Below are positions 26,822-32,000 of a stretch of 32,000 nt of DNA, piece by piece. Numbering within the stretch: position 1 is the stretch's first letter; the number at the start of each line of letters is the position of its first letter. Made by a program: the position numbers and the translations under genes. Below the pieces are notes generated by a model. That model was given only the letters and a program-made list of their open reading frames with translations. It made no database searches and had not been told where the DNA came from. Source of the DNA: Isorropodon fossajaponicum endosymbiont JTNG4 (lineage in GTDB: Bacteria; Pseudomonadota; Gammaproteobacteria; PS1; Pseudothioglobaceae); contig NZ_AP013043.1 of assembly GCF_016592615.1 (NCBI RefSeq), positions 750,001 through 782,000 of the forward strand, written 5' to 3'.

Positions 26822-27624
26822 TGTTTTATTTTTTTGATTCTATCAATTATTTGTTTTGGTAAAAATAGTTTTATTATTTTTTTAATGAATTGTTCTACAT
26901 AAAGGTACAAATAATATAAATTATATTTGAGGTTGAATTTATGATTATTAATAATTCTATGATTCTGTCTTATTGCGGTAAGTCTGTTTATATCTGATAC
27001 CCCGTCCAGTGATATTATTGCAATGATATTTTGAATATAGGTTGTTTTATCATTTTGTTTAAATACATTATAAAAAAAATTAAAATCTCCTGCTATTGAA
27101 TACTTCAAAATAAATTTATTTTCTTTATGGTATTTACTTTCAATAAAAGTGCTTTGGTGTGAGCAAACCATGCCCTGCCATAATTTATTAAAATTTTTAG
27201 CCTTCTTTACTTTTAAAAAATTACCATAATCAATTATTACATCACCATATATTATTTTTGTGGTATATTGCTTAGTGTTAAATATTTTCTCTATGGTTGT
27301 ATTAGAGTAAAATTTATCTTCAGCATTCATGAAATTAATCCAATTTCCAGTTGCCGCATCAACGCCCTTATTCATAGCATCATAAATTCCTTTATCCGAC
27401 TCACTCACCCAATAAGCGATTTTATCTTCATATTTCTTGATAATATCTATTGTTCCATCCGTTGAGCCACCATCAATAATGATGTATTCAATATTGTCAT
27501 AAGTTTGGTTGATGACGCTTTTAATGGTTTCTTCTAAAAATTTAACGCCATTAAAAACCACGGTAACAACGGTTATTAGCAGTTTATTTAGAGAAGGTTT
27601 TTTAGTTTTTAAATCGCTTTTCAT
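26818..27624 (-). CDS. family 2 glycosyltransferase
   Basis: Reads ITVVTVVFNGVKFLEETIKSVINQTYDNIEYIIIDGGSTDGT ... DKGIYDAMNKG ... NAED. Confidence 0.85.
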   Translation of the reverse strand: MKSDLKTKKPSLNKLLITVVTVVFNGVKFLEETIKSVINQTYDNIEYIIIDGGSTDGTIDIIKKYEDKIAYWVSESDKGIYDAMNKGVDAATGNWINFMNAEDKFYSNTTIEKIFNTKQYTTKIIYGDVIIDYGNFLKVKKAKNFNKLWQGMVCSHQSTFIESKYHKENKFILKYSIAGDFNFFYNVFKQNDKTTYIQNIIAIISLDGVSDINRLTAIRQNHRIINNHKFNLKYNLYYLYLYVEQFIKKIIKLFLPKQIIDRIKKIKQ

Positions 27625-27676
27625 TTGTAAATCACCAAGTATCAGTACATATCATCAATATCTAATTGTACAGACA
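27606..27676. repeat. direct repeat DR-A: galE 3' end, short spacer and first codons of the GT2 gene (the in-situ copy)
   Basis: Aligns with 28189-28276 in blocks: TTTTAAATC, TTTTCATTT, AAATC, CCAAGT, TCAGTAC, ATATCATCAATATCTAATT, CAGAC. On the minus strand it encodes ..LDIDDM(C)TDTW stop (a galE-like C-terminus, 2 nt short of being in frame), followed 6 nt later by the GT2 ATG. Confidence 0.7.
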
Positions 27677-27713
27677 AGCTTGATTAGGGCTGATTTTTAA
27701 AAATTTTAATTAC

Positions 27714-27987
27714 TCATATCTTTTTGCCAACTCTGTTGATATGCGCCAATAAATCCTTATTGGTAATTTTTTCTAAATTAATAATATCAAAGAAATAAGG
27801 TAAATTACCTTCTTCGTTAAGTTGATAGGCGAGCTTTCTTTCATTACTAATAATTGCAATATCTATATCACTTCCTTTTTTGTAATTACCTTTGGTTCGC
27901 GAACCAAAAAATAATAGATTTTTCAATCTTATTATTTTCTAATACTGACTTTATAAATTGTATTTCTTTATTATTTAAACCGAACAT
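27714..27987 (-). pseudogene. MNT-type nucleotidyltransferase (HI0073-like antitoxin) with a +1 frameshift in a T6 run
   Basis: ATG 27987 gives MFGLNNKEIQFIKSVLENNKIEKSII. The frame is then lost at the homopolymer 27906-27911. The tracked ORF continues ..LFFGSRTKGNYKKGSDIDIAII...LPYFFDIINL..DLLAHINRVGKKI. Deleting one T restores a 90-aa protein with the GSRxxG..SDIDI nucleotidyltransferase motif. Confidence 0.75.
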
Positions 27988-28164
27988 ATATTATCTTTAA
28001 ACTCTACATGTAACAACAGCAATAAAGCGTAATAATCATCTTGTATTTTTTGAAATACTTCATTAGCCATTGCCTCATCATAAGTATGAATAGTCAAATT
28101 TCTATCATTTAAAAGATTTTTCAAAGTTTTCAAATCGTTGCAAATATCGTGTGTCATTTTTCAT
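27975..28164 (-). pseudogene. HEPN-domain protein (HI0074-like nucleotidyltransferase-substrate-binding family toxin) with an internal deletion and frameshift
   Basis: ATG 28164 gives MKNDTRYLQRFENFEKSFK then stops (the family N-terminus D.RW.QRF.NF.KA). A different frame (tracked ORF 27975-28157) carries the C-terminal part LLNDRNLTIHTYDEAMANEVFQKI with the Rx4H HEPN motif. The middle, about half of the domain, is absent. Confidence 0.65.
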
Positions 28165-28188
28165 AATCCCCCGCTTGATAAGAAAGTA

Positions 28189-28276
28189 TTTTAAATCATT
28201 TTTCATTTTGAGTAGCTTACAAATCGCCAAGTGTCAGTACAGTACACATATCATCAATATCTAATTTTCAGACCAG
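28189..28276. repeat. direct repeat DR-B: second copy of the galE-3'/GT2-5' junction, attached to the galE body
   Basis: Same blocks as DR-A, plus an extra 10-nt insert near 28207-28219 and a 5-nt tandem duplication (CAGTA CAGTA) at 28235-28244. It includes an ATGAAAAATGATTTAAAA copy of the GT2 start ATGAAAAGCGATTTAAAA. Confidence 0.7.
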
Positions 28277-28881
28277 TCCAATACATTTCTAGCAAACTCT
28301 ACATCAGCATAACAAGTAGCAATATCACCTTCTCTCCTATCTACTATTTCAAAGTCAATTTTTTTGCCACTTGCTTGTTCAAAAGCCCTGACCATCTCAA
28401 GCACGCTACGACCTTTTCCTGTGCCTAAATTTACGGTCAGAACCTTGCCTTTTATTTGCTCAAAAAGATAATTCAATGATTTGATATGTCCTTTAGCCAA
28501 ATCAACCACATGAATATAATCTCTAACGCCTGTACCATCAGGTGTGTTGTAATTACCACCAAAAACCTTTAATTGTGCCAATTTCCCTATTGCCACTTGA
28601 GCAATATAGGGCATTAAATTATTCGGAATACCATTAGGATTTTCACCAATTTCCCCTGATTTATGTGCACCAACTGGATTAAAATATCGCAAAATACCAA
28701 TTTTCCATTGGTTGTCTGTTTTGTAAATATCTTTGAGAATGTTTTCAACCATTAATTTTGAACCACCATATGGATTGGTAACATCACCAATGGGTGAATC
28801 TTCTGCAATAGGTAGTTTTTCTGGATTGCCATACACAGTTATAGCAGAAGAGCTAAAGATAAGCGTTTTACAGCCAGCAAG
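28203..28881 (-). pseudogene. galE: UDP-glucose 4-epimerase GalE lacking its N-terminal ~110 codons (Rossmann NAD site) and frameshifted at the 3' end
   Basis: Directly after the selU stop the frame reads [30 protein letters not shown]...[11 protein letters not shown]...[24 protein letters not shown]...[14 protein letters not shown]...[11 protein letters not shown]. This is collinear with E. coli GalE from about residue 113. The GxxGxxG N-terminal domain is absent. The frame ends prematurely at LDWSEN, and the C-terminus DDMCTDTW is recovered only after removing the 5-nt duplication. Confidence 0.85.
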
Positions 28882-29979
28882 TCAAGAGATTAAGCGGGTG
28901 TTTAAATATTCCAAGACTTCGCCAGCATTGCCTTTAAATACAATTCTTTTGTGTGTTTTCTTAATTTGATAGTCATACATTGGATCATAATAATCGATAA
29001 GCAAACTTTCAATCACAGGATAAAAACCATCAAATTGGTGCTTTGTTTGATACTGACTAAGTGCACTAATAATCATTTTATGCATAACCTTATAACGCTC
29101 TAAACCTAATCTTTTTTGAATTTTTTGTAAACTGCCCAGCCAATAATTGGTAAAGTTATTAAAGCCATTAATCACATCCTGATCAATAAAATCTTGATGC
29201 ATATTAATCACGTACGCATCCATACTAACAATGATGCGCTCTTGCGTGCTAGCTTGAAGTAAAACCAAATCAGCTTGGGCGGTTTTATCTTTAATACAAG
29301 TTGGAATATTTACTGTACCTACATTTGAGCTTTCATCTTCAAAAATTAAATGGGTGTAATGTTGCTTTTTAATCAATTCAATCGCCAATTCATTTTCAAA
29401 ATTAACTTGGCTAGGTTGGCTTGTTGTGGTATTGCCAAAAGCTGAACCTCGATGATTGGCTAAGCCTTCTAAATCAATTTTTGCCTTAATTTTATTTAAA
29501 AATAGCGTCTTACCACAACCCGTTTGTCCACCAATAACTATGGGTGTTGTTGTATTCATAATACGACTACTTTCATCAATCAAAAATCGACGCAAAGCCT
29601 TAAAACCCCCTTTAATACGTGGATATTCAATACCAGAAGCTTTAAAAATCCATCTTTGTGTAATTTGTGAACGCAAGCCACTACGAAAACAATAAAGCGC
29701 ACCATCTGGATTGCTTTTAATAAACTCAAGCCACGTTTTTATTCTGGTTTTTTTAACTTCACCTTGTATTAACTCATGCCCAAGTTTAATAGCCTCTTCT
29801 TGTCCTTTATTTTTATGACAAGTACCTACTAATTTTCGCTGCTCATTGCTCATCAAAGGCAAATTTTGTGTGTGTGGGAATGCACCTTGTATAAATTCAA
29901 CTGGCGCGCGTGTGTCTATTAATGGCGTGTCATTAATAAAAAGTTGGGTAAAGTCTTCTATTTGAGCAAGGCTGCTCAT
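28882..29979 (-). CDS. selU: tRNA 2-selenouridine synthase
   Basis: N-terminal rhodanese domain with the Cys loop [10 protein letters not shown] and the Walker A motif GGQTGCGKT. Its length (365 aa) is similar to E. coli YbbB/SelU. It shows ATGA overlap with selD. Confidence 0.9.
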   Translation of the reverse strand: MSSLAQIEDFTQLFINDTPLIDTRAPVEFIQGAFPHTQNLPLMSNEQRKLVGTCHKNKGQEEAIKLGHELIQGEVKKTRIKTWLEFIKSNPDGALYCFRSGLRSQITQRWIFKASGIEYPRIKGGFKALRRFLIDESSRIMNTTTPIVIGGQTGCGKTLFLNKIKAKIDLEGLANHRGSAFGNTTTSQPSQVNFENELAIELIKKQHYTHLIFEDESSNVGTVNIPTCIKDKTAQADLVLLQASTQERIIVSMDAYVINMHQDFIDQDVINGFNNFTNYWLGSLQKIQKRLGLERYKVMHKMIISALSQYQTKHQFDGFYPVIESLLIDYYDPMYDYQIKKTHKRIVFKGNAGEVLEYLNTRLIS

Positions 29980-31025
29980 GTCATTTGAATAATCGGTTGA
30001 TCAGGGTTTGATTTAACAATTTCACCAATTGCTTCCAAGTTAAGATCAGCAGAACGCATAACCTTGTCAAATTGTGCTTGTGCACTATTAGAAACCATAA
30101 TCAATAAACCACCACTAGTTTGTGGATCACAAATAATTGATCGCATCTCACCATTCATTTGGCTTAAATGATGCCCATAACTTTCAAAGTTACGCTGCGC
30201 TCCACCTGGAGAGCAGCCCTTAGCTAGATAGTCTTTAATATTAGGCAGAATGGGTACTTTGCTATAATCAATTTTTGCTGCCACGTTAGAACCTATGCAC
30301 ACTTCAGATAAATGACCACCCAAGCCAAAACCAGTCACATCAGTCATTGCATTGACGCTATCAATTTTTGCAAAATCAGCACCAATATCATTTAACTGAC
30401 ACATGGTTTTAATTGCCTGAATTTCATCTTTCGGTGTAATTTTTTTCTGTTTTTGTGCTGTGGTTAAAATACCGATACCCAAAGGCTTGGTTAAATAAAT
30501 TTTATCACCTATTCTGGCAGTTGAATTTTCTTTTAAATGCTCGGTCTTCACTCGTCCTGTTACGCACAAACCAAAAATAGGCTCAGGAGAGTCAATACTA
30601 TGCCCGCCTGCCAATACCATACCAGCAGCATGGCATACGCTTCTACCACCATCAATAACTTGTCGTCCTACCTCTACAGGGAGCTTGTCTAGTGGCCAGC
30701 CAAAAACAGCAATAGCCATAATTGGTGTGCCGCCCATTGCATAAATATCACTAATAGCATTAGTAGCAGCGATACGCCCGAAAGTAAAAGCATCATCTAC
30801 AATTGGCATAAAGAAATCTGTTGTACTAATGATTGCCTCGCCATTACCAAGATCATACACAGCAGCGTCATCATTTGTATCATTACCTACTAAAAGATTG
30901 GCATCTTTATACTCACCAAATGAGGATATTAAAATAGCCTCTAATATTTTGGGCGAAATTTTACAACCACAACCTTGTCTATGGCTATATTCAGTAAGTT
31001 TAATTGTTTGACTGGATAAGTTCAC
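29976..31025 (-). CDS. selD: selenide, water dikinase (selenophosphate synthetase), Cys-type
   Basis: N-terminus [24 protein letters not shown] (compare E. coli [16 protein letters not shown]) followed by the PurM-like fold. GTG start at 31025. Confidence 0.9.
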   Translation of the reverse strand: MNLSSQTIKLTEYSHRQGCGCKISPKILEAILISSFGEYKDANLLVGNDTNDDAAVYDLGNGEAIISTTDFFMPIVDDAFTFGRIAATNAISDIYAMGGTPIMAIAVFGWPLDKLPVEVGRQVIDGGRSVCHAAGMVLAGGHSIDSPEPIFGLCVTGRVKTEHLKENSTARIGDKIYLTKPLGIGILTTAQKQKKITPKDEIQAIKTMCQLNDIGADFAKIDSVNAMTDVTGFGLGGHLSEVCIGSNVAAKIDYSKVPILPNIKDYLAKGCSPGGAQRNFESYGHHLSQMNGEMRSIICDPQTSGGLLIMVSNSAQAQFDKVMRSADLNLEAIGEIVKSNPDQPIIQMT

Positions 31026-31239
31026 ACCTGAATAATTATACCCTGATTAGGTAAAAATTAGGGTGCAACGCCAAAACAGGTGTATTCTTTGCAAATTAAT
31101 AGTGCTAGTATTGACGCGTTATACTTGCGTTCATTCTAGTCCAAAGAATGAATTTTAATATTCTTGGTTTAATTTAACAAAGTGTATACAATTTAGCGAC
31201 TTATTAAGCAGGGGCTATATAGGCAAATAACCTTATGAT

Positions 31240-31893
31240 TTATATGACCAAGCTGTACTTTTTTTCTAATTCTTTATATAATTGTTCTGGTGTTAAATCA
31301 GGATGCTCTTCCATGATACGAAAGGCAATAACGTTATCTTCCACCATGCCCCAATTCTTAATATAAGTACCTTCTTTATAGCCATGTTTTTGTCTAAAGG
31401 TATTGAGTTGATTTTTAACAAGATAGCGTTTGTAAAGCTCTGGCACATCCATACTCATTGTTGCTAGTGCTTTAAAGAAAAGCGCTGTGATTTCATATAA
31501 AGCATTTTGAGATTTATCTACATTAGCGCCACTTGCTGAAGCCACCAGTTTTTCTAAAATCTCTATCACAAGTTCTGGATTTGCCTGCCTTTCTGGCTTT
31601 GTATTTTCATAACCCTGAGCAAATTGAGTATCGCCAAAATGAATGGCCTCAGACATAATAAAATGCCAAATATCCACCAACTCAACTTTAGCGTTATCCA
31701 AATCATGTGCTGCTTCAATATCTTTCCAATGTTTCCAGTTAAACGAATCAATCGCCTCGGTGGCCTCCATATAAATACAACGCAACCAAGAAATATAACG
31801 CCCATCTTTGGTGATGCCACTACTCCACTCAGGGCCATTGGTGTTGTCATTTAATTGCTGTTGCAATTCAAACATTTGCTTAATTTGACTCAA
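31240..31893 (-). CDS. dimeric (all-alpha) dUTPase-family nucleotide pyrophosphohydrolase
   Basis: ..MFELQQQLNDNTNGPEWSSGITKDGRYISWLRCIYMEATEAIDSFNWKHWK..VELVDIWHFIMS.. is collinear with the Campylobacter-type dimeric dUTPase as I recall it. I favour the TTG at 31893 (AAGGG 7 nt upstream); ATG 31875 is the alternative. The tracked ORF runs to the window edge through a hydrophobic, low-complexity stretch that I consider non-coding. Confidence 0.7.
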   Translation of the reverse strand: MSQIKQMFELQQQLNDNTNGPEWSSGITKDGRYISWLRCIYMEATEAIDSFNWKHWKDIEAAHDLDNAKVELVDIWHFIMSEAIHFGDTQFAQGYENTKPERQANPELVIEILEKLVASASGANVDKSQNALYEITALFFKALATMSMDVPELYKRYLVKNQLNTFRQKHGYKEGTYIKNWGMVEDNVIAFRIMEEHPDLTPEQLYKELEKKYSLVI

Positions 31894-32000
31894 AAATAAA
31901 CCCTTATAATAATATGAAAAAATATCAAGAATTATAATGCAACACTTGGCAAGTAAAAAATTAATTAATTGTGATTTGGGCGAGTGCTTAACACCCAATC

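Noticed and set aside
31040-31170. Small inverted repeats between the dUTPase-family gene and selD (CCCTGATT..AATTAGGG at about 31041-31065; AAGAAT..ATTCTT at about 31146-31165) as terminators or riboswitch-like elements
   Set aside because: The stems are 6-8 bp, A/T-rich or mismatched, and lack a proper U-tract on the transcribed strand. They are not distinguishable from chance.
31894-31998. N-terminal extension of the dUTPase-family ORF to the window edge (GVKHSPKSQLINFLLAKCCIIILDIFSYYYKG..)
   Set aside because: As I recall them, homologous dimeric dUTPases begin a few residues before the LQQ(K/Q)LND motif. The extension is hydrophobic and low-complexity, and the TTG at 31893 has a well-spaced AAGGG. 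The true start could still lie outside the window.

Overview
AT-rich, gene-dense bacterial window with Gammaproteobacteria-like gene content, mostly transcribed on the minus strand. No taxon can be assigned from this sequence alone.

Contents, left to right:
- The 3' end of a NorD/CbbO-type VWA gene, with a translationally coupled unknown ORF.
- mogA.
- A frameshifted Crp/Fnr-type regulator whose 5' end abuts a decayed IS3-family element.
- The class Ia ribonucleotide reductase operon nrdA-nrdB-yfaE, with tandem NrdR boxes over its promoter.
- A tightly overlapped five-gene beta-oxidation operon: fadE, HACD/ECH, fadA, patatin, fadD.
- About 1.5 kb of gene remnants: an FNR-like reductase, an orphan winged-helix ORF and an N-truncated thioredoxin.
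- hemH, followed by IS3 and Sel1-repeat debris.
- A glutamine-dependent NAD synthetase carrying an in-frame phage-repressor-like HTH N-terminus.
- An IS3/IS256 mosaic.
- A surface-polysaccharide cluster: a CapD/PglF-like dehydratase, a small phosphoglycosyl transferase, an epimerase and three GT2 genes.
- A decayed HEPN/MNT toxin-antitoxin cassette bracketed by a duplicated galE-3'/GT2-5' junction, next to a doubly truncated galE.
- selD-selU and a dimeric-dUTPase-family gene.

I saw no rRNA, tRNA or CRISPR array. I do not see a convincing, complete novel multi-gene system.

The best leads are:
- the HTH-NadE fusion with operator-like repeats upstream;
- the patatin gene embedded in the fad operon;
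- the insertion scar around the TA cassette;
- the unusually high density of pseudogenes and IS remnants. Several of these disruptions sit at homopolymers, so sequencing error must be excluded first.
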